A stretch of DNA of 64,000 nucleotides, taken from positions 1-64,000 of the IMG/VR virus record IMGVR_UViG_3300013005_000033. The stretch is one strand, 5' to 3'. Origin of the DNA: an uncultured virus (IMG/VR IMGVR_UViG_3300013005_000033). Lineage: Duplodnaviria > Heunggongvirae > Uroviricota > Caudoviricetes. Of the stretch, positions 28,755 to 38,200 are shown piece after piece. The notes beneath the pieces were generated by a model. It did no database searches, was not told the DNA's origin, and saw only the letters and a program-made list of their open reading frames with translations. Each line of letters begins with the position of its first letter. Within the stretch, counting starts at the first letter, position 1. Position numbers and translations under genes: made by a program.

Positions 28755-29636
28755 TCAATAGATCAGCTCTTTGCCTTCATCCACAAATGTAGCCATGTGG
28801 GGCAAGTGCGAAAAAAGCATGCTCCACGACGGTTTGTCTCCGATATAAAAATCAGAAGAATTGAGCTTGTATTCGGCCCCATACTCCTTCATCATAGTGT
28901 CCATCCATCTGTCGTAGGAAGGAGAGTCTGGGGGCAGCTTTTTCAGAATTTCAACATGCTCCAATAAAAGATCTTTGCTATAGCCAAGCTGGGTCTCGTC
29001 CTCTAGAGGAAGCCTTCTTTGCCACTTATCAATTCTTTCCTTGGCGGGCCTCACGCACAAGTGCTTGAGAACAATATTGCACCACCCAGTTTTTTGGTTT
29101 TTGCAAAAAGGCTTGCAGTGCTGCGTGGGCTTGTTATTTTGAAAAGTGTATAGTGGGGCTATGTCGGCAAATCTCATAAGTATATTTCTCTTGAAAGGAA
29201 TCTTAATCTGATTTTTATTGAATTTTGGTCCGTAGCCCCAAAAAACCGCCTTGTTGTTCGTCTCGTCACAATACGGCCACATCAACGAAACTGAATTATA
29301 TTCTGAGTTGAAAATCTTTTCTTTGTGGGAATTAAATTGGTCAGCATCCAATCTTTCATCCACATCCAATATCAACACCCAATCGGGATCATAGGCTTGG
29401 GCTATAGTCAAAAGCGAAACATAGTCGCAACCCTCTCCCATACAACCATCTGTTCGCTGAAACGACTCCCAAGCCCTCAAAACAGCAGGATGAGATTTTG
29501 CTAAATAAAGGGATTTGTCGCTAGAGTGGTCGTCAAGCAAAAGAACGCCTTCGGATATAGAGCCGCACATATCCAAAAAATCACCGATCTGTCGCTCTTC
29601 ATTCCTACACCTCGTCAAAATAACCATACGACTCAT
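28755..29636 (-). CDS. Glycosyltransferase family 2
   Basis: RNEE, LDDHSSD, DWVLILDVDE. Confidence 0.85.
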   Translation of the reverse strand: MSRMVILTRCRNEERQIGDFLDMCGSISEGVLLLDDHSSDKSLYLAKSHPAVLRAWESFQRTDGCMGEGCDYVSLLTIAQAYDPDWVLILDVDERLDADQFNSHKEKIFNSEYNSVSLMWPYCDETNNKAVFWGYGPKFNKNQIKIPFKRNILMRFADIAPLYTFQNNKPTQHCKPFCKNQKTGWCNIVLKHLCVRPAKERIDKWQRRLPLEDETQLGYSKDLLLEHVEILKKLPPDSPSYDRWMDTMMKEYGAEYKLNSSDFYIGDKPSWSMLFSHLPHMATFVDEGKELIY

Positions 29637-30033
29637 GATTTCTCCCCCATCTCCATCAGGCGCTCCAACATCTTGTTTTTGTCGTATTTTTTATGGCAAA
29701 AATCCAAAAAGTTCTCGCCAATGCAATCTATAGCCTGCTGTTTGATGTGCCGAGGACTTTCATTTTCATATGGCGGAGAATTATCGGAATTCTCTTTTAT
29801 GATATTTGAATTCGCAGATATGTGATCCATTAAGTCCACATATTCCAAGAAATCAATCGAGGGAGCCACAACCTCATTAAAGTATGATTTCCTCATGAAT
29901 TTGACATGGTTCTCCAATTCGGGACCCAAACGAAGAGCAAGTTTGGACAAATGCCACGCGGCGGGCATTTCAATCATCAAGGTAGGCACTCCAATCTTGA
30001 TTATGTCCGCGAGCATGCTTTTCCATATTCTAA

Positions 30034-31552
30034 GTGAATGCTCCCACCCCCTAAAGGGAGTGGGCTTCTAAGACATTGCTGTCTAAAGAGTTCATTCCAA
30101 CTCTTAATATGTTTTTTGCAGCGTTAAGGTCTCGGCTCAACTTTAAACCGCAAGCGAAACAGTCGTGATTTCGCTCGCCCAGTTCTTTCTTAACCTTAAT
30201 TCCACAACCACTGCATATTTGACTCGTATATTCTGGTTTGACTTCCGCTACCACACAACCAGCCTCTTCCGCTTTGTAATGTAGCATATTGCGAAAATTA
30301 GTCCAGCCACTATCAAGTATGCTTTTGTTCAACTTACGCCAGTTATCCTTGAGCATGTTTTTTACGCTTAACTTCTCAACGCAGATAACAGAATATTTAT
30401 TTACAAGATTTCTACTTGTCTTATGTAAGAAGTCTTTTCTTTGATTTTTGACTTTGAGATGAAGGTTTACAAGTTGCTTCTTTAATTTGATTTTACTCTT
30501 ATCTTCTCTAGGCAGGGTCTTCAACTTGCTGTATTTTGATTGAACCTTTTTAAGTTCGTCTTCTGACTGTCTCAGGTAATGAGGATTCTTTATTGTTGAA
30601 CCATCACTCATAGTGGCAAAGTCTATACAACCAACATCAATCCCAACTGCCTTGGTTTCAATCCTTTCCTGCGGTGTTGTTTCCATGTCACAGGAGAAAA
30701 TCACATACCAATCGTTCGCTTCCCGTTTGATGGTACAAGTCTTTAACTTACCAGTTAGTTCTCTATGTTTGATTACTTTTACTTCGCCAATCTTTGAAAG
30801 GTAAAGTTTGTTGCCTGTAAGTTTGAATCCGGACTGTGGGAAGCAGAAAGAATCATACCTGTCGTAACTTTTGAATCTTGGATATCCAGCCTTTTCCTTG
30901 CTTTCTTTTAATCTTCGAAAGAACCCTTGGAATGCAAGGTCAACTCTTGCTGATACATTTTGTAAAACCTGCGAGTGGACGCCCTCTATCTTCCAAGTTT
31001 TAATGAGATTATGGCAGTCGTAAACACCAAGGCTTTTCTTGTCTTTTTCCCAACTGTTTTTTCGTGTTTCCAAAACTTTGTTGTAGGTTCTACGGCATAC
31101 ATCAAGGGTTTGTTGCAACCTTTTCAACTTGCCATTTTTGGCATATATCCTATACTTGATGTTCCGTGTGACCTTCATACCCTTTATATAGTAGGGTTTA
31201 TGTAAAATTCTCAAAGAATTTTTACTACATAAATGTATGGTTGAATACCACTCCAAAAATCGGCACAAATTCCTTATCAAACTGCACATCATATTTGTGG
31301 TCAAGTACAGGAAAAGACTGCTTGTGAATGACTTGAGCGACGATATCAAGCAGTGGTGTTATGATGTTTGCAACAAGAACAATGTGACAATTGACGAGAT
31401 GGAATCAGACAAGGATCATCTGCATTTGCTTGTGGATATTCCGCCCACACTGGCACCATCCAAACTGGTCATGCTGTTGAAGCAACAGACCACATTTAAT
31501 GCTTGGAAGAACTACGAAGCGTATTTGAAAAAGCACTTCTGGAAAGATAAAA
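30034..31552. mobile_element. IS200/IS605-family element with divergent tnpA and tnpB; left end apparently deleted
   Basis: Right-end hairpin GCCCACTCCCTTTAGGGGGTGGGAGC then ATTCAC on the minus strand; left boundary approximate. Confidence 0.8.
30051..31178 (-). CDS. tnpB: RNA-guided endonuclease TnpB
   Basis: GYPRFK, VGIDVG, ICVEKL, TSQICSGCG, CFACG, RDLNAAKN. Confidence 0.93.
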   Translation of the reverse strand: MKVTRNIKYRIYAKNGKLKRLQQTLDVCRRTYNKVLETRKNSWEKDKKSLGVYDCHNLIKTWKIEGVHSQVLQNVSARVDLAFQGFFRRLKESKEKAGYPRFKSYDRYDSFCFPQSGFKLTGNKLYLSKIGEVKVIKHRELTGKLKTCTIKREANDWYVIFSCDMETTPQERIETKAVGIDVGCIDFATMSDGSTIKNPHYLRQSEDELKKVQSKYSKLKTLPREDKSKIKLKKQLVNLHLKVKNQRKDFLHKTSRNLVNKYSVICVEKLSVKNMLKDNWRKLNKSILDSGWTNFRNMLHYKAEEAGCVVAEVKPEYTSQICSGCGIKVKKELGERNHDCFACGLKLSRDLNAAKNILRVGMNSLDSNVLEAHSL

Positions 31553-31593
31553 AAGTCGTCCCGCAACGACCCCATTTTGTTTCAAAAAAGTGA
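31237..31593 (+). pseudogene. tnpA: IS200 Y1 transposase TnpA, 3' truncated
   Basis: HIIFVVKYR, DKDHLHLL (HUH); homology stops at HFWK, so the catalytic Tyr helix is missing. Confidence 0.8.
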
Positions 31594-31735
31594 TAGTCAA
31601 CAGACTTTTCTTTAAAAAACCTTTTCAATTGGGAAACGAAACAGTAACCGACTCCAAGCGTGTAGCCTCCATCTAGACTAACCAACGAATCCCAGTCAGA
31701 AGAAGAAAGCCACTCTTGAGAAGGTTGCCTCTGCG

Positions 31736-32932
31736 TCATTTTGATTCCTTGACTAGGGACATCTCCGTAATGCACAGTTCTTTTGTGGAATCACCTTGGT
31801 TGTGACAAACAATGTCTATTCTTTTTAAAACACAAGAATCAATGTCTTCTTTGAAAAAATCCTTAAGTCTAAAGCATAAATTTGAAACATAATTTCCCTT
31901 CAAATCAAACAAGACTCTTTTTGACTCTAGTGTGCGTCCATTTGTATCTATAATTAGTGAAAATTCCGTTGGTGTTGGGTCTCCTTTGTAAAAAGCTCCC
32001 AAATTAAATGAATCATCGGAGCCCATATTTATGTCGCACCTTATGGAAGAGATGGCATAAAAGCATTTTTCCAATATGCTCAAAGACAAATATTTGATCC
32101 CATTTGACTCCTTTGCGATTAACTTCTTGAATTTGGAATTTATACTGAACGAGTCGTTGTAATAGGCAAACGGATAGTTTCCCGCACCAAAGAAAACAAA
32201 CTTGTCGCCAGAAGGGGCCGGATATTTCGGAAAAGGCAAAATAATTTCGCACCTTTGAATAAGGTCATTTCTTCTTTCTATAAAATTCATCCTTGTGGAA
32301 ATTTTCCCTTCCAAAGCGGCCGGAAGCTCTATATATCCGTTCTTATCCGGGATCGGAAGCACAAGAGGCATTTTCCCCGACAGATGAGAAACTATGTAAC
32401 TAAAGACTATGTCTTCCCCATTGAGGTTGGTATATACATCATAAAAAACAACATCGGAAAACTTGGCATACTCTGAGGCGTACAGCCTGTCGAAACAGGT
32501 GCTTCTGGTGAGCGCTATGGGAACTTCTGTGGGCTCGGAAACATCCTCCACTCTTCCCGGGCCGGGCGCACAAGTATATCCACCTCCTTGTGGAATTCTG
32601 CCTTCGTATGTGTATATCCTCGTATGATCAATCTCAAAATTTCTAATAAGATTTTGAATGTTGGGCTCCGACAGCAGAAGGTCGTCGTCGTGGACTATTA
32701 CACACCTGTTCTTGGCGAGAATGGATCCTACAAATCTTGAATCAAGTCCGAAGTCCGCGTTGCAATTCAGAACCTTTACCTTGCTAAGCCCCAAGTCAGA
32801 AATAAAAAGATGCTTATTGTTGTTCCAAACTATTATCTCGCCAATCGAATTGTAGGTTTCGTACGATTCAATTATTTTGCTCACATTTTCTGGTCTGGTC
32901 CAAGACATCATCACAACAGAACATTTCGTCAT
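31736..32932 (-). CDS. GT64/exostosin-like glycosyltransferase
   Basis: IIVWNN, LDSRF, VHDDD, NGEDI. Confidence 0.7.
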   Translation of the reverse strand: MTKCSVVMMSWTRPENVSKIIESYETYNSIGEIIVWNNNKHLFISDLGLSKVKVLNCNADFGLDSRFVGSILAKNRCVIVHDDDLLLSEPNIQNLIRNFEIDHTRIYTYEGRIPQGGGYTCAPGPGRVEDVSEPTEVPIALTRSTCFDRLYASEYAKFSDVVFYDVYTNLNGEDIVFSYIVSHLSGKMPLVLPIPDKNGYIELPAALEGKISTRMNFIERRNDLIQRCEIILPFPKYPAPSGDKFVFFGAGNYPFAYYNDSFSINSKFKKLIAKESNGIKYLSLSILEKCFYAISSIRCDINMGSDDSFNLGAFYKGDPTPTEFSLIIDTNGRTLESKRVLFDLKGNYVSNLCFRLKDFFKEDIDSCVLKRIDIVCHNQGDSTKELCITEMSLVKESK

Positions 32933-33728
32933 TGATCAACTCCTTAAAAATGGGACAGTCCACGGCCCATGGCTTAAAAGGACCCCAGTAGTGAATTATC
33001 TTAACGGGATCTCCTTCGTGGTTAACCGCCCTCCAGCCCAAGGGCCCTTTAAATGCCCTAACGCGTTCCGCACAAGTATTGTAGTGGACGCCGAACTTTT
33101 CGTGCCTGTATTGGTACCCTATGCTGTCGAAATAGGACTTCAAAACCGACTGGTCAGTTCCGGGTATATAAGCCCCGTTTTCCTTGAATCGGCAATTAAA
33201 TCCGCACTTGAACGCATGACCCAGCAGTTTGTCCCAGTTGATCAATAATTTTGATGGGTCGTTGACCATGAAGACCCCTGAGTTTATGAACGGGGGGAAG
33301 CCAACGGTATGGCCTTCTATATCGGGTTCGTGGTCTATGAATATCGCCGGCTTTTCATGAAAAAGGGGCTCAATTTCTTGTATGGAGTCTACCATAATCG
33401 CATCGGCATCCATAAAAATAAATGGAAAGTCCAAGTTGCATATTACATAGAGCTTGTAGGTCAGATTGTAGCCTTCGCTGTGCGTGCCGCAAATGGGAAA
33501 GAAAATGCCCCTAGTGTCCTTGAGTCCGTCCCTAACGCAAAACCTAAATCTTGAATCTTCCCCCACGAATGATTCTAAGGCTTTACTCGGAGGCTTTTTT
33601 GAAAATATGAAGCACGAGTCTCTGCGTAAGAGGTGAGTCTTGGCTTGTTTGATCCAGTTGCAGCACATGGCCAAATATTTTTTGTCAGAAATATCGTAGT
33701 TCATCACGGTGACTAAATTCAAAATCAA
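32868..33728 (-). CDS. GT8-like glycosyltransferase
   Basis: FMDADA, INSGVF, TDQ, YN, IIHYWGPFKPW. Confidence 0.8.
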   Translation of the reverse strand: MILNLVTVMNYDISDKKYLAMCCNWIKQAKTHLLRRDSCFIFSKKPPSKALESFVGEDSRFRFCVRDGLKDTRGIFFPICGTHSEGYNLTYKLYVICNLDFPFIFMDADAIMVDSIQEIEPLFHEKPAIFIDHEPDIEGHTVGFPPFINSGVFMVNDPSKLLINWDKLLGHAFKCGFNCRFKENGAYIPGTDQSVLKSYFDSIGYQYRHEKFGVHYNTCAERVRAFKGPLGWRAVNHEGDPVKIIHYWGPFKPWAVDCPIFKELINDEMFCCDDVLDQTRKCEQNN

Positions 33729-36589
33729 CCTCCTTCCGAGGAAGTGAATCCCTTGTGGAAAAGAACGGATTCGGGATAGAGAGCAGAAAGGTCTTCGGGA
33801 GAAAGGCTCTTTAGTCTGATAAATTTTTCGGCGTCCGGGTTTTTGTCCGGGTTCACACACCACCAGACCGGGTAGAAGTACTTATGGCTTGCGGTCTCCG
33901 TGAGAGAAAGTTCGTCCAAAACGCCTTGTACGAAGTCGGGGCCAGTGGAGGCAACTACGCCATGCCTGCGGCGTTCTGCGTATGACTTTCTCAGTCTTCC
34001 AATTAGAAAAGCTACTATTGGATTGGCTATGGAGGCCCCAAAAACACCATTAGCGCAACGAGTCGTATCCTTGTCCAGATATCCCTTGCCTATGGTCAAC
34101 CCCGCCTTTTCATAGGCTATCATTATTCCATTCTTGCTAGGTACCGAATTCAAAGGCTTGGTTCCCAACCAAACGCAGTCCGAGTCAACATAAAAACCTC
34201 CGAACCTGTTCAATATCTCAAGCCTGGCTATGTCGGACTTGCAGTCATACTCTTTCTCAGATTTGAAGATGTCATCGTTTATCATACCAAGAGACCTAAG
34301 TCTTTTTTCGTTCCATAGTATATACCTTGACCCAGGGTTCTTGCCTATATAGTCCTCCGAGAAGGTCGCCATCATTTCTTTTATCTTTTTAGGCACTTCT
34401 CCAAACCATATCTGGTGTATGATGGGAGGTATGGTCCACCTAAAGTCCTTAAAATAACTCAATGAAAATGACATGAACTGCTGCAAGTCCATTGAAGAAA
34501 TCTTGCGATCCATGCCCTCAAGAATGTAAACCTCCATGGCGCTGAGTGGATCATCAAATTTGGGATAAGGAGTCATCCAGCTTGGACTTTCGTGCTTGTT
34601 TCTTTCCGGAACAAAGAAAACTTCTGAAAAGTCACCGGTCGTTCCAGACTTAATGCCGGGAATATCAAACTGGACTCTCTTCCTGACTTTATAGAAGGCC
34701 TTGTCCCTGGCCCCGTAGACCAAACTCTTCAGATATGTGGCGTCATCGGACATCTTCAGGTGATCGGGTATGTTGTGGCATATAATTGCATGATCTATCC
34801 TCTTGATCTTTCCTAGCTTGAACGCAACTTGCGTGAACTCATCATCGCAGTAATATCCAATATAATCTTGATTATAAACATGTCCAAATCTTAGGTAGTA
34901 AGACTTGCCCATTACGGAAAGGGTGGCCGTTCGCTGGTTGCCGTCGCAAGTCTCAAACCAAAGTGCGCCATCCGTATCGGGGAAATAAAAACCCATGCAG
35001 TCCAATATAATCTGATCGTAGTCTTTTTCAACGGCGATCATGTCGTCCGAAGCGGCCACCAAAACATCAAAATCAAAATTTTCAATATCGGCGTTATACG
35101 CCTCTATCTTGGACTTATGATCTCCAAAGAAAACCTTTATGTTTTGATATTTGGATTTTAGCCCATTGACTACCTCTTCGGTCATGACATCGTCGTCTAT
35201 GTTGCATGTTATGCAAAAAAACACGACATTGTTTCCGGACATTTTTTCAACAAACGAATCCAAGCACTTGCACAACAACTCTGGGCGTCCTAGTGTTGAT
35301 ATCTTTATTAGGATCTGACACCTTGTCTTGAGGTTTTCCGAGGAGTTTTGAGGCCTTATGGATTCAAGTACGCTTGAAAATGATTCAAAATTAAGTTTGC
35401 CGGCCACATCCAAATTGCAGAGATCGTAGGTGGGTTCATGCTCGGTATGGATGAGCTGGTTCATAATCCTGAGTTTCCTTTTGCACGAAGAGCCGTACAG
35501 AGCAGAAACCGCATCGTCCCAGTATGGAGCCCCAATAAGAAGATCGGGCATTCGGCACTTTTGCAGAAGGCTTTTTCTTATGGCTATGCCGTCTATTCCC
35601 TTTTCTACCGACCCCTTATATCTCCCGTGCGAATCAACCTCCTGCCTTTGGAATTCAATATAGTCTCCATCAAATTCTCTTATGTCATTGTAGACGGTGT
35701 CCGCTATCCTGCAGTCGGAATTGCAATAAAAAACCCAGCCGTCACCGTGCAAATACTGCGTTGATATGTTGAATATGTCGTTGAGAAAAGGAAAGTCCTT
35801 GGAGTGTCCGAGCGACTTCGCATCCCTTCCCAGTCGCTCAGAAAAAATACCCTCGCGAAGCAAACAGTCACCCGAGTGGAAGTTGACAAGAATAACGCCC
35901 TTTCCTTGAGCGGCGGAAACATACGAGTCAACGGATTCAAGCTGCTCGCGATACAAGCGACTATTCTCGTCCACGCAGGCATAATTGAATGCATGGACAA
36001 TTCCGCTTTTGGCCCTATTTGCAAACAAACGGTCGCAGTACAATTTCACTGCGACGAGATCCAGAGCCTTGCCTTCTGTTTTGAATCCAGCGGAATCAAA
36101 ATCCAGCCACCAATCTTCAAAGTTCTCGCCGAAACGAACTAATCCAAAAGGATTGCCGGGCGTCAAAAAATCGGAATTTACGATGACAGCCGAGCTGCCC
36201 GGGGAAACTTTCGTGGTCTTTGCGGAAGAATTGACCGTTATATTTCTTTTTTCTATGAAACTCCTAGTCAAATGCTCGTCCAGATGGATGCGCTGCGAAA
36301 AAGGGATGATAACTTGATCCGAAAAAGAAACCAAATCGTTGATGAACTTGAAGTTGAAGAATGTGTCCGGATCAAGAAACATCACGAATTTACTGTCTAT
36401 ATTCAATTCGGAAATTCTAACAGCCTCAGCAAATTCGTTCGTGTACTGAACATCATTGAATGAGGCGATAAATGTTTTGTTTTGTTGCCCGAAAGCGTCA
36501 TTAAGCCTTGCGCACAGGAAGTCCAGATTCCTCCTCCTCTTGTGCGAAGGAGAACCGGAGAGAGGAATTATGGTAGTCAAAAAATTCAT
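33725..36589 (-). CDS. Multidomain glycosyltransferase (GT-A domains plus GT32-like C-terminus)
   Basis: CNSD, ASDDM, IPPIIHQIWFG, SDIARLEIL..FGGFYVDSD, TGP. Confidence 0.8.
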   Translation of the reverse strand: MNFLTTIIPLSGSPSHKRRRNLDFLCARLNDAFGQQNKTFIASFNDVQYTNEFAEAVRISELNIDSKFVMFLDPDTFFNFKFINDLVSFSDQVIIPFSQRIHLDEHLTRSFIEKRNITVNSSAKTTKVSPGSSAVIVNSDFLTPGNPFGLVRFGENFEDWWLDFDSAGFKTEGKALDLVAVKLYCDRLFANRAKSGIVHAFNYACVDENSRLYREQLESVDSYVSAAQGKGVILVNFHSGDCLLREGIFSERLGRDAKSLGHSKDFPFLNDIFNISTQYLHGDGWVFYCNSDCRIADTVYNDIREFDGDYIEFQRQEVDSHGRYKGSVEKGIDGIAIRKSLLQKCRMPDLLIGAPYWDDAVSALYGSSCKRKLRIMNQLIHTEHEPTYDLCNLDVAGKLNFESFSSVLESIRPQNSSENLKTRCQILIKISTLGRPELLCKCLDSFVEKMSGNNVVFFCITCNIDDDVMTEEVVNGLKSKYQNIKVFFGDHKSKIEAYNADIENFDFDVLVAASDDMIAVEKDYDQIILDCMGFYFPDTDGALWFETCDGNQRTATLSVMGKSYYLRFGHVYNQDYIGYYCDDEFTQVAFKLGKIKRIDHAIICHNIPDHLKMSDDATYLKSLVYGARDKAFYKVRKRVQFDIPGIKSGTTGDFSEVFFVPERNKHESPSWMTPYPKFDDPLSAMEVYILEGMDRKISSMDLQQFMSFSLSYFKDFRWTIPPIIHQIWFGEVPKKIKEMMATFSEDYIGKNPGSRYILWNEKRLRSLGMINDDIFKSEKEYDCKSDIARLEILNRFGGFYVDSDCVWLGTKPLNSVPSKNGIMIAYEKAGLTIGKGYLDKDTTRCANGVFGASIANPIVAFLIGRLRKSYAERRRHGVVASTGPDFVQGVLDELSLTETASHKYFYPVWWCVNPDKNPDAEKFIRLKSLSPEDLSALYPESVLFHKGFTSSEGG

Positions 36590-37197
36590 GGATTCACCGA
36601 AGGCGAATAAATTAAAACGGGTGGCGAAGTTTGAAGCCTCGCCTTTTGACGCACCAATTCCTTGAATCCCTCAAGCGTTATCCGAGGGCCGGCGAAAAAC
36701 GAAACCTTCCTGGCGTCTTCGGGAACACCCATTAAAGATCTATATTCGCTGCAATGGGAGTAGCATATGACCCCGTGGATCTCCTTGGGGCTTGAAACTA
36801 AAAACTCTTGAACCACATATCCGTCCTGGCGGTACTCCTGGTACGAGCCGTCAAGCACAATTGCAGACCCTTTTGCGATAACCCTCCTTTGAGGCGAACT
36901 TTCATTCATTTTCAAATAGCAAAGATCGGTACAATTTAGCCAAGAAGAAATATAAATCCCGTATCCGATATGACCCCTTGTCTCGGCGGAGGGTCGGGAT
37001 GTCTTGCCTATTTCCGCATAAATCGTGTTGGCTCCCACCGTCAAATCGGAATTTAAAATGAGTTCAAAACTACCCATCTCCGAGATGTCTTCAGCAAACG
37101 ATTGAAGGGAGGCCAAAAGCAAGGGAGCCAAAAGAAAGCAAGTAGATAGACGAGTCAATTTCACCTCCCCTTCTGAGAAGATTTCCATTCCTCCCAC
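36586..37197 (-). CDS. Hypothetical secreted protein
   Basis: Signal-peptide-like N-region; start probably near 37164. Confidence 0.55.
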   Translation of the reverse strand: MGGMEIFSEGEVKLTRLSTCFLLAPLLLASLQSFAEDISEMGSFELILNSDLTVGANTIYAEIGKTSRPSAETRGHIGYGIYISSWLNCTDLCYLKMNESSPQRRVIAKGSAIVLDGSYQEYRQDGYVVQEFLVSSPKEIHGVICYSHCSEYRSLMGVPEDARKVSFFAGPRITLEGFKELVRQKARLQTSPPVLIYSPSVNP

Positions 37198-37382
37198 TTT
37201 GAATTGGCCGCGGCGACCCTGGATTCCAATTCCTTTTTCTTGGCCTTGTATTCATCGAATTTGGCCTTGAAATCTTCCTCCAAAACCTTCTTCTCCTCGT
37301 GAACGGCCGCGATCACCTTGGAAAAAGATACAAACTCATCAGAAAGCAAAAGATCAGCATCTGTCATTTTATTAACCTCCAA
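37161..37382 (-). CDS. Small coiled-coil protein
   Basis: GGAGG RBS before MTDAD. Confidence 0.65.
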   Translation of the reverse strand: MEVNKMTDADLLLSDEFVSFSKVIAAVHEEKKVLEEDFKAKFDEYKAKKKELESRVAAANSKWEEWKSSQKGR

Positions 37383-37388
37383 TATAAA

Positions 37389-38081
37389 TTAGTTCTTTTT
37401 CTTCTTCTTTCCTGATCGTATTTTTGCATAGTTTTCAAATCCCTTTTCGCCAAATATCCCGTCGGCAAACCCGTAATAAACAGCCTCTTCTGGCATCAAG
37501 TACCAGTCGCCATTCTGGCGTATCTTCTGGTCTATGAAGGTCATGGCTCTTTTGATGCTGTACTTCCTTTCCTTGAAATAAGTGCCCATAACAGCACGCT
37601 CCGCAAAAATCTGGAGCATTCTCTTGCAATACTTCTCATTCTGGTCTACGGCGCTCTTTACGGCCATGGTCGTGTCCTCAATGGTTAACGAACCATGGTG
37701 TATCATTATCTCGCAGTCAGGCATGAGAACCCGCTTGTCTGCTGCCTGAAAGACAACGCCACTCATGCTGCTCGCTTGGGCATAGCCAAGTATCGTCACA
37801 GACGCCTTGGACATCTGGATAGCGTTGAACATAGCCATTCCGTCGCTCCAGTTTCCACCTATGGTGTGCATGTGGACAAGAATGTTGGCCGAACCATGCA
37901 TCTCCAGTATGTGCATGTTTTTCACGAACGAGGTGGCCATCCTGTAGTCAACCCCGGGCTCCTCATCAGCATCCGCATATCCGTGCAAGTAAATCTCCCT
38001 GCTCAGGTGATTTATGTGATGCTCGTGAATCTCGCTTATCAGCTGCTCGGCCGATATGTTTCGTTTGGCGATGGAATTCAT
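37389..38081 (-). CDS. clpP: ClpP-like protease
   Basis: HTIGG, ASSMS (Ser), IMIHH (His), DWYLMPEEAVYYGFAD. Confidence 0.85.
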   Translation of the reverse strand: MNSIAKRNISAEQLISEIHEHHINHLSREIYLHGYADADEEPGVDYRMATSFVKNMHILEMHGSANILVHMHTIGGNWSDGMAMFNAIQMSKASVTILGYAQASSMSGVVFQAADKRVLMPDCEIMIHHGSLTIEDTTMAVKSAVDQNEKYCKRMLQIFAERAVMGTYFKERKYSIKRAMTFIDQKIRQNGDWYLMPEEAVYYGFADGIFGEKGFENYAKIRSGKKKKKN

Positions 38082-38147
38082 GATCTCCCGTGTTTAATCT
38101 AGTCAAAAACCACACGGGTATTTAGGCATTTGGAAAAACAAAAAGGA

Positions 38148-38200
38148 AGGCCTTTTTCAATCAAAAAAGGCCTAAAAATAGGCCAAAAAAGGCCTAAAAA
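38148..38200. repeat. AAAAAAGGCC short repeats and hairpin, probable terminator
   Basis: AGGCCTTTTT..AAAAAGGCCT inverted repeat plus direct copies, downstream of spoVR. Confidence 0.45.

Larger units (their letters stand above)
29633..31739 (-). pseudogene. Gene interrupted by the IS element (parts 31739 to about 31553 and 30033-29633)
   Basis: ATG overlaps the upstream stop at 31736; joined halves can read in frame KWGRCGTTFRIWKSMLADII. Confidence 0.5.
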
